From contig OZ024745.1 in the NCBI GenBank assembly GCA_964016885.1, forward strand, positions 92,380,001-92,444,000: a DNA stretch of 64,000 nucleotides, given 5' to 3'. This document shows, piece after piece, positions 50,538-64,000 of the stretch. Position 1 is the stretch's first letter; each line of letters opens with the position of its first letter. The DNA is from Eledone cirrhosa. Taxonomy: Eukaryota. The translations under genes and the position numbers were made by a program. The notes under the pieces were generated by a model. The model saw only the letters and a program-made list of their open reading frames with translations. It was not told the origin of the DNA and did not search any database.

Positions 50538-51255
50538 TTAGCTTTGCCTTTCATCCTTACAGGGTAGATAAAATAAAGTACCAGTAATGCACTGGGGTCA
50601 ATTTAATTGCCTTACCCCTCCCCTCAACATTGTGCCCATAGTAGAAATTATTATTATTATTATTGTTATGGTGGTGGTTTGAAGAATTGGTAGAGCATTG
50701 GACACAAAATGCTTTGTGGTGTTTGTTCCAGTTCTTTACCTTCTGAGTTCAAATCCCACCAAGATTAATTGTGCCTTTCATACTCCCAGAGATTAATAAA
50801 AGAAAGTGCCTCTTAAGTACTGGGGCTGATATAATCACCCCCCCCCCCCCCAATCAAATTGCTGGCCTTGTGCCTAAATTATAAACTATTATCATTATTA
50901 TTATTAATATTATTTCAAGGGTGGTGGATTGGCAGTATCGATGGTTTGCAGCATAGAGTTACGGCCTTTTATGATCTGAGTTCAAATCCCGCCAAAGTTA
51001 ACTTTGCCTTTCATCCTTGTGGGATCGATAAAATAAAGTACCAGTCATGCACTGGGGTCGATTTAATCGACTTTTCCCTCCCCGAAAATTGCTGGCCTTG
51101 TGCCTATATAAGAAACCATTATTATTATTATTTCATCCTTACGAGGTCTATAAAATCAAATACCGGTTATGCACTGGGATCTATTTAATCGACTTTCCCC
51201 TTCCCCGAAATTGTTGGCCTTGTACCTAAATCAGAAACCATTATTATTATTATTA
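50538..51255 (+). mobile_element. Cluster of four head-to-tail SINE family A copies in the putative 3' UTR
   Basis: Repeated cores separated by (ATT)n tails. Another copy is at ~52030-52222. Confidence 0.8.
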
Positions 51256-52454
51256 GTGTTAGTATTATTATTATAACTGCTGATAATTTATTTTTAAGGT
51301 ATCCTTATGATTACGAGGTTTTAATCTCAGAAGAGTAATAAATATATATGGTTAAGTCAACAGTTAAAACTGATACATATGATATGAGAAATATATCATT
51401 TCTGTTTAATTCAAATACAATCAATATTCAACACAAAGTATTATAAAATAACTTTATTGTATTTAACTCATTAATATTAGATTTTTTTTTTTAATTAAAA
51501 ATGTAATTGTAGAGGAAGCACACTTATTTATTTCTTAACATATTTTACCATCAGTAGCTTCTTACAAACATTATTTCATATCAAGAAGTGCCAAGAATTC
51601 ATAGAAGAACACTGGTCATTATCACATACTCAGCAAATGACCAATAACTCCTTGGAAAAAATTGATAAAAGAGTATCCAACCATAAAAACCATGCCAAAA
51701 TTGAATGTATTGAGTACAACATAGTCCTCCAATACATCTAAGAGGACACTAGCTCAATAAAATACTGATTTGGTCTGTAATAATCCACCAAAATTGAATG
51801 TATTGAGTACAACATTGTCCTCCAATACATCTAAGAGGACTGTAGCTCCAATTAAATACTAATTTGGTTTGTATTAATCCACCCAATCCATGATGATGAT
51901 GATGTCGATGATGATGATAGGTTTATCAGAGTTGGATAAAAATCAGTATATTAAGCAAAATACCACTTTTCATGTCTAAAAATCTTCATTTTTATTTACT
52001 GGCTTCTCATTGTATTCTGCCATCTAAGGGTGGTATTTTGGCAGAACCATTAGAGCATTGAACAAAATGCTTTGTGGCATTTAGTTAAATTCTGAGGTCA
52101 ACTTTGCCATTCATCCTTCAGAGAGGGTCAATAAAATAAAGTACCAGTAAAGTACTAGCGTTGATATAATCGATTTTCCCCTCTCCCTACAAATCCTGGT
52201 CTTGAGCAAGTTAGAAATCATTATTTTTCTGCCATCTATTTTTTTAAAATATCATAACTGATGATAAATGGAAGAAATACTAACAAGAATGTGTTAGTAC
52301 TTTAACTGATGACTAAACATATTATTCCTTCTATAGACGTTTCTAAGTTAAGCTTTACAATACTATGCATTGGAGAAACACAAGCCAGCTGGCCTGTGAA
52401 ACAGAAACTATAATACCACATGAAAAGAATTCTACAGAAATCAATGTTTTATCA

Positions 52455-52642
52455 TAGGCATGTCAAACTGAGGGTCCCCCGAGGGCCACATATGTGTTGT
52501 CTGAGGGCCACACACAACAACTAATTGCGCACATTACAACTATTTTTTTTAAATTATTTTATATTAAAACATGCCCGCACTGTAAAAACCTTTGTGCGGG
52601 CCCCTGGTGTGCTTGTAAAAGGCCACACGTTTAACATGCCTG
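52455..52642. mobile_element. hAT-type MITE
   Basis: TIRs (t)aggcatgtcaaac / gtttaacatgcctg, and an 8-bp TSD ttttatca / ttttataa (7/8 match). Confidence 0.75.
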
Positions 52643-52870
52643 TTTTATAAGACAGTTTTACAAATTTAGATTTGTATATGATTAAAAACATCTCTGTGTC
52701 TTATTAAATATTATACTATATTCTGTTCTGCCAAAAAGAACTCAAACAATATACCAAAGTTAATGATGGTAATAAATCTGAATTTTCTGTCTTTGCATAA
52801 TATAGCAGTTAAATTGATATGTTGAAATATTTCTGACCATGGAACTTGGACAGAAGGAAACCTTCTCTAG

Positions 52871-52914
<44 letters not shown>

Positions 52915-53959
52915 AAAAATTCTTCAATCATTCATTGTGTGTTTAATTCACATTTAAGTCTTCAATTAGTAATGAGGCAGATGTTGTTTCGAATCTTGTA
53001 CTGCCTATTATAATTCTTATGGATTCTCATTCCAGAAATGTGATGGAAATGGGTGCAATATCGATAAAAAATTGTTTATCCCTTGAGGCCTTACAAATAT
53101 GAGCTTACCCTTCCCATATAATTCAACATGAAAAAAAAAAAAAATCTGCAATTCTAAAAAAAATGTGATGTATAAAAATAGAACTTAAGGGATTTTTTCA
53201 AACAATTAATTACATAATTATGAAGAGAAAGAAATCAAAATAACTCAGCATTTCAGAAAGAGAAATTATTTCATAAAATATATAATGTTATATAAAACTA
53301 AAAAGAGCTCAACAATTCTGACTGACATATTTTCAAGCTTATAATTTTTAACTAGAAATTCTAAAACAGAAATGGATGAGGGGAAAGTGATTCAATTTTC
53401 CCAATATTTTTAGATAATCTTTTAAGCTATATATTTTTGTGTTAATTTAAAGTTGTTAAATCTACTACCATAAGTACCTTTCGGATTAATTTAATTAATG
53501 TGAAGTTATTTATAATGTTTTTTTGTCTTCACAAGCGGTTTAAAAGATTACACTTTAAGGAAAATTAGTACTATATGTCAGTTTAGAATGAATTTAGTTT
53601 CCTTTTTCGAAATTAATAGCATAAATGTGTACATTAATATTATAATAGAGTCTAGAGAAATTAAAAGAACAAAAACATGATTGCTAGTTCATGTTACTTT
53701 CCTGAGCAATAATATAGTCTTCACTATATTTTGATTTCTTTCCAATTAATGTGAAAACCAAAACATTGAAAATATTTGAAAAAAATAAATAAAGCATAAA
53801 GCATGAAAAGAAAATTCTTTTATAACAAAATCAGTTTTGTGTTGTTTTTTATTTGTTCTTAAAGTAATCCATGAATATATTGAGTGGTTTCTTAAAGATA
53901 TTTATCTGAAATATGTGTACCTGGCTTGATTTTATGTACATGAATACATGAAATGCACA

Positions 53960-56020
53960 TAGTCTATGCAATAAGATACATCTTTTTGACTCCTACATCA
54001 AAAGTATCGACCCTGACTTCATTACAGTCACAGAAACATAGGCACATTCCTTACTCTGTGATGGGGTTTTCAGCATAACTGGCTACAACTTGTTTCGTAA
54101 AGACCGCATTAATCGTTGTGGTGTAATGGTCTATGTTCGGTCAAATTTTTCTGCAATTCCTTGTGTTGATTTGAACCAATCGCAGCAAGAAGTATTTTTC
54201 TGTGATACACGTATGACCATGTAGACACTACTACTTGGAGTCGTTTATTGTCCCCCAAATTACCATCAGGACACTCAACTTTGTGATATCCTCAGAGCTG
54301 CTGCCAGGAAAACAGCCACTTATGTTTTTATTGTAGGGGACTTCAATCACTTGAGATTGATTGGGAAACCTTTTATTGGCTGCAAAGTACAAATGATTTC
54401 CTTAAGCTAGTGCTGGACTCGAACTGGTCCCAAGTAGTCACTTCCCCAACAAGAGGTAACAACACTTTGGATCTACTCTTTACCACTACTCCTGAAAAGG
54501 TTATTAGTGTTACTGCTGAGGAACCTTTAGATGACTCTGATCATGCTATGATCATTGCCAATTTGTCCCTCATGGGCAGTAACAAAAACCACAACCATCT
54601 CCAAACTGCTCACTTTGACTGGAATAAAACAGAGTGGAACTGTTACTGCACCGAGTTGCAACGTCCAAACTGGCTTGAGTTTTACAACTATGGAGATGTC
54701 AACACTATACTTCAGAACATCCTGAACTCAATATGGACAGTATGTGCAGCATCGGTGCCACGTAAGCAGAAAAAACACCCCAAAAGTACAATTTGGGAGA
54801 CTGCAGCAGTTCGTCTTGCCAGCAAAGAATGTTGTAATGCTGAACATGAGAACAAACTGCATAAATCAGATATCAATAGGAAAAAGCAAAATAAATCATC
54901 CAACCATCTCAAACAGGTGACAAAAAAGGCAGTGCTTAAATTTGAGCAGCGCATAGCAACCGACCCTGACAGTAAGATGTTCTGGAAGTATGTTCACTCA
55001 AAGCAGAGGCCTCACTCGCCAGTTGGACCACTTCGCAATCCCCACACAAGCCAGGTTACTGATGACCCCAAGGAATGCGCAGAACTTATTGCTGAATGCT
55101 ATGCAGGCATTTTCACTGTTGAAGACCAAAGTGTACCGTCTCCACCACCTCTAAAATCGGATTCTATTAGAACTATGGAATTTACACCTGCAATGCTGCA
55201 ACGTCATCTTAAAAATAAACACAACCATGCCTCTCCTGGTCTTGATGGTGTTATGTACCTGCTTCTTGTGAACATGACCTGGGCATTACTGTCAGCAGCG
55301 ATTTGCATTGGATGAAGCACATCTCTAAAATTGTCAAGAAGGCCGAGGGTGTCTTAGCATCACTCAGCAAGACCTTTGTCAGCAGCTCTCCAGCTATCTA
55401 TTTAAAGCTGTATATAGCTATGGTGCGGCTGCACTTAGAATTTGCATCACCAGTCTGGAACCCCTGTCTTGCTCAGAACATTGACCGCCTGGAAACTGTT
55501 CAGAGACATGCAACCAAGTGAATATCCTCCATCAGGCATCTACCATACTCTGAACGCCTTGCTTCCCTGGGCATGGATACATTGAAGCTCCGACGTCTGG
55601 CAACTGACTTGGTAAACACCCACAAAATTATTAACCAACTTGCCAACAACAACCCTGAGTACCTTTTTGATTTCCATGTGTTTAACACACGTGGACATGC
55701 CAACAAAGTCAGAAAATAGCACAGTTCCCATGACTTTTGGAAATACTTTTTCACGCTCAGAGTTGCTGAAGCACGGAACAAACTACATGCATCAGTTATT
55801 AGCTGTCGAGACACTGCATCCTTTAAAACCTTCATGCTTCCTGAGATTCACCAACTCTACACCTGATATCCCCCCCTCCATACACACGCACACATGTATT
55901 TCATGACTCGTACACTGTTCATTTTCCAGACATTTGTACATTATTCTATGTACTATACATGCACCTTTGATGAGTTGTAGTGCACCTGAGCACTGTACAC
56001 AATAATTTCATTATTATTAT
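53960..56020 (+). mobile_element. CR1/L2-group LINE ORF2 remnant with the RT core deleted, (ATT)n tail
   Basis: EN motifs GYNLFRKDR, IVGDFN, PTRGNNTLDLLF and SDHAMI. After SPGLDG it jumps to the C-terminal WMKHI...VRLHLEFASPVWNP...LETVQR. Confidence 0.8.
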
Positions 56021-56044
56021 ATATATATATACATCTATATATAT

Positions 56045-56836
56045 ATCATCATCATCATCACTGTTTTACGTCCGTTCTTCCACGCTAGCATGGGTTAGAC
56101 GGGTTGTCCTGTTGTGGGCAGTAGCCGGTCGGCTGACCATGTCTTGCTCATTCGGGAACTGATTCTGGCTTAATTTCTACAGCTGGATGCCCTTCCTAAC
56201 ACCAACCTCATTTACAGTGAGTACTGGGTGCTTTTTTTCCATGGCACCTGCACGTCCACTTTACAGTGTGGGCTGGGTCCTTTTTCCATGGCACCTCCAC
56301 GATCACTTTGCAGTGGGAGGGGATGCGGGCATATTGTCTATATGCTTCAGCTTCAGCTTGTACCCATGGGGGGTCGGGTCTTCTGTATTACTGCGTGACG
56401 CCAGAGGTCACGGTCGTGTGTCATCACCTTTGAGAGGTGTAATTGGTTAAGGTCGGCTTTTATCACCTCATCCCAGGTCTTTTTGGGTTTCCCCACTCCG
56501 CAGCTTCCATCGACTTCTAGTGCTCTGCACCTTTTTATGCAGCTGTCATCCTTCATATGCATCACATGTCCATACCAACGCAACCTCCTCTCCTGCACAC
56601 AGCATTTGATTCCTCTTATGTTCAGTCACTTTCTCAATTTGTTTATAATTTCCCGTTTGTGTATATTACTATTACACATCCATCGGAGCATGCAGGCTTC
56701 ATTTCTTTCTAATCTATACAAGTCTTCTACAGACAGCACCCATGTCTTGCTACCATGTAACATTGATGTTCGTATACACACATCATACAGTCTGCCCTTC
56801 ATTTTGAGGGAAAAGCCTTTTGCAGCTAGCAGTGGC
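56045..56836 (-). mobile_element. 5'-truncated copy of the RTE family at 5998-9385
   Basis: Highly similar 3' UTR and C-terminal ORF (QERRLRWYGHVM...CRALEVDG). Confidence 0.92.
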
Positions 56837-56878
<42 letters not shown>

Positions 56879-56929
56879 GATGGCTGCCCCCTCGTTATCG
56901 AGTATGGCCATTGCACGAGAAAAAAAAAA

Positions 56930-56961
<32 letters not shown>

Positions 56962-57079
56962 CATATATATTAATAACAATAATAATAATAACAACAACAA
57001 TAATAATAAGGACAACAACAATAATAATATACATATATATATATATACACACACACGCACACACATAAACATATCTATA

Positions 57080-58560
57080 CACACACACACACACACGATA
57101 GCAACTAACAGCGCTGCGATCGAATGTGGCTTTTTAGTCGGCAACCAAAACATTCACTGGAAATAGCCGGCTGTGGTTGGAGTTCATGTACTTTTGCATG
57201 TTGTTTGAGCCCTCCTGCTGATTTACATTCTCTACCACATGCTTGGCAAGCATGATGAGTAGCATCTCCAACAGCAGCCTGGTAGTCAACCACTGGTCTT
57301 AGTTTATGACTGCGAAGATGACTTTCGAGTCCAGCTTTGCTTAGGCAGAGTCTCGCACAGACGCTGCATGTCAGCACCATAGGAGGACCCTCTCCGTCTG
57401 GAAGTGCAACAGCAATGCCCTTCCTCACATCCCGCTTTACTTTCTCGTATGCGATTCGAAATGCCTCAAAGGCAACTTTTCCCTCATATACAGTCTTTCT
57501 TCATTTATTACGATCAACAGCAATATTTTCCCATGTATCAGCAGAGATGTTAGCATCTTTCAAAGAGGCTTTCAAGGAATCCTTATACCTCTTTTTTGGT
57601 TTATGTGGAGGTCGTTTTCCTTTAACTAACTCTCCATAAAAGAGTTGTTTTGGTATTCTAGAATCCTTCATCCTGGCAAGGTGACCACTCCAACGGAGTC
57701 GTTGCTTAAGCACAAGAGCTTCTATACTGTCACACATAGAGCTTTCCAAAATCTCGATATCAATGATGTGATCCCTCCAGTTAACGCCATGGATCCGTCT
57801 GAGACACATCTGATGGAAACGCTCCAATTGCTTAAGGTGGTGTCGATATGTGAACCAGGTCTCGCAGGCATAAAGAAGAGAAGAGAGCACACATGCCTTG
57901 TACACCTTTACCTTTGTCTTCTTGCATATGTCTCGCCGACCCTAGAGTCACCTTTCTAGCTTTCCGAAAGCATCACTTGCTTTCCTAATCCTAAGTGAGA
58001 TTTCACTATCAAGGTTGCTGTATCGATTGACAGTGCTTCCCAGGTAGACAAACTGATCAATCACTCCAAGTCGTTTACCATACACATAGATATTTGGTTC
58101 ACTGTACTGCTTACCAGGGGCAGGTTGGTACATGACGACGGTTTTCTTGAGACTGACAGTCAATCCTAGGGCAGTGCAAGCGTCAGAAAATGCATTCAAA
58201 ATGTGCTGCATATCACTCTCTGTGTGCGCTACAAGATCGCAATCATCTGCATACAAGAGGTCTGTTATGATTGATGTAAATACTTTTGTCTTTGCAGCAA
58301 AGCGCCTGATGTTAAATATGCTGCCTGAGGTTCGATATCGGATGTAAACACCATGCTCGCAATTCCTGAATGCAATACAGAAAACCATTGCAAAGTATAT
58401 GGCAAACAGGGTCGGTGCTGGAATATCCCCCTGTCTCACTCGATTTTTTACTGAGATAGGCTCCGACATGTTACCTCTGACATTAACCCAAGCCTTCATG
58501 TCGTCATGGAAAGATCTAACTAAAGCAAGGAACTTATCAGGGCAACTAAGTTTCTGGAGA
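57080..58560 (-). mobile_element. BovB-type RTE LINE fragment with C-terminal C2H2 zinc fingers
   Basis: RQGDIPAPTLF, GVYIRYRTSGSIFN, LLYADD, FVYLGS, LLYACETW, LRWSGHL, CSVCARLCLSKAGLESHLRSH, and a (TG)n tail. Confidence 0.88.
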
Positions 58561-59081
58561 ACCTATATACACATATACATCTATATATACACATATACAT
58601 CTATATACACACACACATATATATATATGTATTGATACGTATACATATATAAACATAAATGTGTATTGTTATGTTTACAAGCACATACATACACCCACCC
58701 ACAGACTCACATATATTGAAACTGATATTAAAGTATAATATATTTTTAAAAAAGTAAGTTTGTTTTGAAGCAGGGAGCAAGTTTGAAAATAGAAATAGAA
58801 GCTTTCACCATATTTTTTACTCAAGAAATTTTAGCCTGATAGTAGGGTTTAGAACCCTCTAAGAAATGGAAAAAGATGAGAAAAAAAAGTATAAAGGAAA
58901 AAATATTGAATCCTGATGAGGAAGAAATGTTTTCCTTTTTGGTGTGGTTAAATATTAAAATATTTTCATTTCACATCAGAACAAAAGCCAACAATATCTT
59001 CCATCTAACCCAGATAAATCAAAATACAGAAGAATGTTGAAGAAGCTTCATCAAGAATTGTCACATGTTCTTTATTTTATA

Positions 59082-59481
59082 CTAACAAAATAGCCCGTTG
59101 TTGCCGGGCACACCTTTTGCCACTGTAAATAAAGACCCCCTCTCTCATCAACATGGCCATCTTTAAATAGCCCCAGAACTCTGCTATTTTAGGGGAGAGC
59201 GAGATTTAAACTATATGTTGACATGCTCCAGGAGCTAAATAACTTATGTATCAAATTTGAACAAAATTGGATGGAAACTGTGGAAATGCATCATCTGCAT
59301 ACAGACAGACATTTTCATTTATATATATACTAGCAGAATGGCCCGGCGTTGCTCGGGATTTGCTCTAGGGTTCTTATATATTAGATATATATTTATCCTT
59401 GTCAAGCCTCGTGAAATAAATACTTTCGTTTATATTTTGTTATTGTGTATGCAAAAATATCTGTACACGAATATATAATTA
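59082..59481 (-). mobile_element. Two short Helitron modules stacked downstream of the autonomous Helitron 3' end
   Basis: Minus-strand hairpin+CTAG/TTAG termini at 59082 and 59330. The sequence next to 59329 resembles a Helitron 5' end (tatatatataaatgaaaatgtctgtctg). Confidence 0.65.
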
Positions 59482-59797
59482 CTAGCAGTTTAGCCTGGCG
59501 TTGCTCGGGTTTGTTCATTTGCTATGAAAAGTTACAAACAGGTAAACGTAGCTTGAAAGCGCATAAGCTTATCAATTAATTACATAAAGCAGTTGAACCG
59601 GTTATTAATAGTTACGAACCAATTAGCATTTTGGACAATCAATGATGGGTTAATAATCTTCCAATAGCGAATTTAGTAGACCAAAGTTGCAAGATGGTGG
59701 CCCTGATTCCGCTGGGTGTCAGATCTGTCCGCTATGGGTGACCCTACCAGTTTTCCAGACGGCATAGCTCCAACACCTCCAACACCTGCACCAACAT

Positions 59798-62700
59798 CTA
59801 TAGCACCTCTTTGTAGACGATATTGCGTGTCATCCCTTGAGGAGTGTAAGCAAAAAGTCCATTCCTACTCCCTACACGGGAACAGGCAACATAAAGTTGG
59901 CCATTGGAGAAGCATGGTTCCCCCAAATGGATGCCCGCCACCGACAATGTTTGCCCTTGTGACATGTTAATGGACATGGCAAAACATGGTCTCACCGGAA
60001 ATTGGGATCGCCGGAAATTGAACGGGATATCTGACGCCGAGGGGAAAAGGTTCATCCTTGGAATGAAAACATTCTCCCCTCTCCCACACCCTGTTACAAT
60101 GGTGGCCTCAATCAAGTGGGGCGTCAGTGACTTGACGACCATGCGAGTACCGTTGCACTGCTTTGGTGGACGCAAGTTCCTTATTAGCATAATGGGACAG
60201 CCAACCCTAAGCTTAAGAATGAGAGGTGGGAGCCCTGGGTGCTCAAGGGAATTTAATAACTCAACCGGATAATTAACGATATCGTCGGGGTCTGACGTCC
60301 GGTCGATAGATTTGAAGATGTGATCTTTACCGGGAATTTTCTCAATCAGCTGCTCGTTAATAAAATTAACCATGGTATTTTTTGGAGCAAGGATGGCTCT
60401 TTCGCTGAGCCAATCGAGGTTTTTAAAGTTAGATGAGACATTAGGAAAAACTGCTTCCCAAAGGTCAGAAGGGCTGCTCACAATGTTGCACAGGAAGTCG
60501 ATTGTTATGCTGCCCTTGTCATCCGCAGGGATCTTGCCCTCACCAAGTGCTAAAATATTCTGAGCAAATGCTGCAGACATGTTGTCATCATGCAAATGAG
60601 CACGCATATTTGTGCTCAGGTACAAACTCTTCACCTGGAGCCACAACATGGGCGACTTAAGACAGGCACGCACTTCATCAGCTCTTGTCCCTTTGGGGAT
60701 GACAGGCAGCGTTTGCCGAAAATCCCCTGATAGCAGAAGGGTTACGCCACCCATAGGAGCCATAGAATCCCTAATATCTTTCAGGATCCTGTCCAATGCC
60801 TCAAGGACACCCAAACAATGAGGCAACATTTTTTGAGAACCAGAGCTTCGTGTGAACTCTTGCTGATATTGCATGTTGGTGTCTCAGTTTTTACTAAATC
60901 CAAGGGGAGTTTAAAGGTTGAATGTGCTGTCCTGCCTCCCGGCAGCAAAGTAGCAGCGATCCCGGACAATGCAATGGCCAACGCAATTTTTTTCTCCTGA
61001 AGAATCTTAGCGAGAATCAATTTCGTTACATAAGTTTTTCCGGTACCCCCAGGAGCATCGAGAAAGTAAATACCCCCAGTCTGATTTTGAACCGCGTCAA
61101 TGATAGTTAAATAGGCCAACCTTTGGTCCGACAGAAGTTTGGGCTTATTTTCCTCTAAGTATTGGAAAAGAGGTTCGATGTCATATGCTGTTTCCCGCAA
61201 CAAATCCGGGGCCAACGTGTTAGCTTCCTCTCTGACGGTTGACGGCAAGCCATATGTCAGCAACTCACTCCCACCCATGTCGAGGAGGCCGTCCTCGATA
61301 TCAATGAGTGCCCTGTTGTGGATAATGTCGCTGTAACCAACTTCCACTGAAGTATACTGCAGATGAGCCAGGCGCAGGAAGTCCTCAGACATGAAGTCTC
61401 TGTACTTGACCCATAAAGATTTGGGATCACCCAATTCACACTTTTGAAGCAAAATAGCAAAGAGTACCCGTAAACCTTTAGGTGATTTCAAAACAGCCCC
61501 CTCTGCTAAAGTGGAATCCCATTGCGAATCATCTTCCAAAAGACCACGCTTAAAGCAGGCTTCCCGGTACATATCACATATTTCTCCATTAACAGTTTTG
61601 AGGTCCTGAAAACTTTGTGGGCCTACAACTTCATGCAGAAGAAGGCGGAGATGAAAGCACTCATGCTGACTTGGAGGCACAGTGTAAACCCTTCCAAGAC
61701 AGCTGTCAAATTTTACACCAGGATGTCTTTCAGCAGCCTGACCTGACTTTCTTCATACCCAAGTGTTTTTCGACCATATAAAGTAGGATGGAACCTGGGA
61801 GTAATACAATTCATCATCATCATCATCAACGTTTAACGTCCATGTTCCACGCTTGCATGGGTTTGGACGGGGGTTTTCCCACTTGAGGCAAGAGTGATTG
61901 TCTTGCTCGCATAGGACTGTCTGGCGGGTTTTCTACAGTTGGATGCCCTTCCTAACACCAACCACATTTACAGTGTGGGTCTGGGAGGTTTTTACCGTGT
62001 TGCCTACACGGCCACATTACAGCGTGGACTGTGTGTTTTTTTGTCGTGACACCTACACGATCTCATTTGTTTCAGCCTGGATGGTGTGGCACCAACATAA
62101 CTTTACATAGAAGGGGGCGGTGTGGATGGGGTGGGGGTGGTGGGACGGGGGTGTATTTTGTTAGAAATGCCTACTGACTGTAGTAGATTTTACTATGTAT
62201 TTAAGTAAGGCGGGTCTTCTCTATTACTGAGTACCGCCAAAGGTCTCGGTCCAGTGACATTGTCTTGTTGTTTGCGCAAATGTATCGAACTGGCAAAGTT
62301 TGAAGAAACCTGTCAGAGTGGTCTCTTTCGGATCGGCGGCCAACTTGGCGGCGGTTTGGTCCGTAAAGTAAACCCTTTACCCATTTTCCAAATGTACCAC
62401 AAGCTGTACGATGACGGGGTGACGTTGGTGTACTAGTAAACCAAATAGGCGCCAAAAAGCTTCATTGCTACTGATGTACCGCCCCGCCAGGTATTCTGTG
62501 ACCTCGTCCCTGCTATTTTCAGCTTGAAATGCGAACATTGCGGCATCAGAGCCCTTATTTACATATTTGCATATGTATTTTATCGACTTGACGGAGTTGC
62601 AAAACTCAACGTTGATGTGGATGTTGTGGTGAAGCCACCGTTCTCGGGCCGTCTCCACCTGTACAGGGGGTACCCGTCGCCACCAGTCTGAGTCTGGTCA

Positions 62701-63105
62701 ACAAATTTTCGGGGGTATCCCTTACTGCACGACCCCCCCCCCCCCTTTCAGACATGTGTGATGCTCATTAGGACCCGATGCACACGGACCATGAATGATG
62801 TTACCTTTGACGATACCATGTAATTCCTGGTCAGTTGCTGGGTTAGGGATTTCAGCCGAAATGAAGCTGTCTATGGCATTTGAATTGATTTTATCAGCTA
62901 ACCAAATCAAAATGTGAGCATATGGCAGCCCTCGTTTTTGCCATTCAACGGTGAACATGTCACATTTTACAGCCCCAAATACCTGACCCTTTTTGATTAA
63001 AGCCATGAGTTTAGCCAGTTTCAGTCTGAACACTCTGGTAATGAGGTCATGTCTGTTCGAATAATTTTGCCCAGGAAAAAGTTCATGGGTTACATTTCGA
63101 TTCAT
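59798..63105 (-). pseudogene. Helitron Rep (HUH) + PIF1-like helicase pseudogene
   Basis: RHDLITRVF, VEWQKRGLPYAHILIW, HINVEFC..SIKYICKYVNKG, DAPGGTGKT, GRTAHS, GDFRQTLP, RNLRPPK.CNGTR, QFPVRPCFAMSIN.SQGQTL, GQLYVACSRV. There are several frameshifts and deletions. Confidence 0.92.
61811..62265 (-). mobile_element. 5'-truncated RTE LINE inserted into the Helitron ORF
   Basis: (CAT)n tail at 61811, RTE 3' UTR, and ORF end MSLDRDLWRYSVIEKTRLT*. The Helitron peptide FAQT...LYYSQVPSY resumes across the insert. Confidence 0.85.
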
Positions 63106-64000
63106 ATGTCTATAGCATTAATCTGTTATATGAAGTGTTATTTTGCGGGTTGTTATTTGCAATAAGCCGATTGAAAATGCCCCAGATAAGCCGGATGTCA
63201 ATACGGAATGCTCCACTGGAGTGTTGTCATATAGGGAGTGATAGGGGGAATATACGGAACGCTCCATTTGATCATATACATTGTTTCTCTCTCTGCAGTG
63301 TTGTCATATAGGGAGTGAAGAGCGACAGAGAGAGAGTAAAGCAGTTAAATTATAGAGAAGGGGAATGATCATGATCGATTTGCCCGATTATTGTTGATTG
63401 ATTTGAATTTTGTTTGCTTCATGACCTTCACCTGACCAAAAGCAATAATTGTCACGACTTTGAATAGAATCCCGTGAAAAAAGTTCTCATTAATTTTTTG
63501 TCTCATATTGAGAAAAACAAAGAAAGAAAATTACAAAAAGGACAACAATAAAATATGTTTTTGTTGAGAATCATGTAAATAAATGCTTAAGCATCGTTAT
63601 TGTTACGTTTGTTGTTTTATAAATTCATCTGTTGCTTTTGAATATTTGTTATTTGATGTAAAATGTTAGTGTGTAAAATGTAACGTTGAGAGAGCAGTAT
63701 GTATTTAGTGTTATCGGCTTTTTAAATTTTGATATTTGATGTATGAGTGTCGTTATGACTGTTTGTTGTTGTATAAAATGATGTGTTGCTTAGTTATCAA
63801 AGTTTTTTTCGCGTTCCCGAACGAATAGGGGGATTGATCTATTAAATAGAGAGAGAAGAGCGACGGATAGAGTGAAGCTAGTGTTAAGCCTTGAAGCATG
63901 AAGAGAGTAAAGCAGTTAAATTATAGAGTGGGGGAATAATCTATTGTAGAGAGAGGGAAAAGCAACGGAGAGAGTAAAGCTATGGTTGTTGTGTTGCTTA

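Larger units (their letters stand above)
59482..63110 (-). mobile_element. Decayed autonomous Helitron (RepHel)
   Basis: 3' hairpin cccgagcaacgccagg + CTAG at 59482, with Rep and PIF1 helicase remnants. The 5' boundary is not determined. Confidence 0.9.

Noticed and set aside
58914-58940. CTGATGAG hammerhead-like start (also at ~5105)
   Set aside because: There is no correctly placed GAAA box with stems I and III.

Overview
This is AT-rich eukaryotic (metazoan) genomic DNA. Its SINE, RTE and microsatellite content strongly suggests an octopus or other coleoid cephalopod (inference). The window holds the 3' part of one + strand host gene. Four phase-1 exons (9905-10072, 31639-31704, a 2.3-kb repeat-containing exon at 43984-46287, and a terminal exon at 50349-50476) splice into one frame encoding a Lys-rich then very acidic, low-complexity protein ending ...NGTVFV. 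The introns and flanks are packed with mobile DNA: an RTE LINE with an uninterrupted 1002-aa ORF, several decayed RTE and CR1-type LINEs, a Penelope-like element (RT + GIY-YIG) with an inverted pseudo-LTR, a Chapaev-type DNA transposon, a decayed autonomous Helitron, non-autonomous Helitrons (including a head-to-tail triple), piggyBac-, pogo- and hAT-type MITEs, tRNA-derived SINEs, minisatellites and kb-scale (TA)n tracts. The most striking unannotated signal is non-coding. About seven unrelated families of minimal type-I hammerhead ribozyme motifs sit in fold-back or tandem elements embedded in (TA)n tracts. One of these is a highly structured 310-nt tandem dimer with one hammerhead per unit, which looks like a retrozyme or circular-RNA replicon. 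All calls were made by eye, with no alignments, folding or database searches, and repeat coordinates are approximate.
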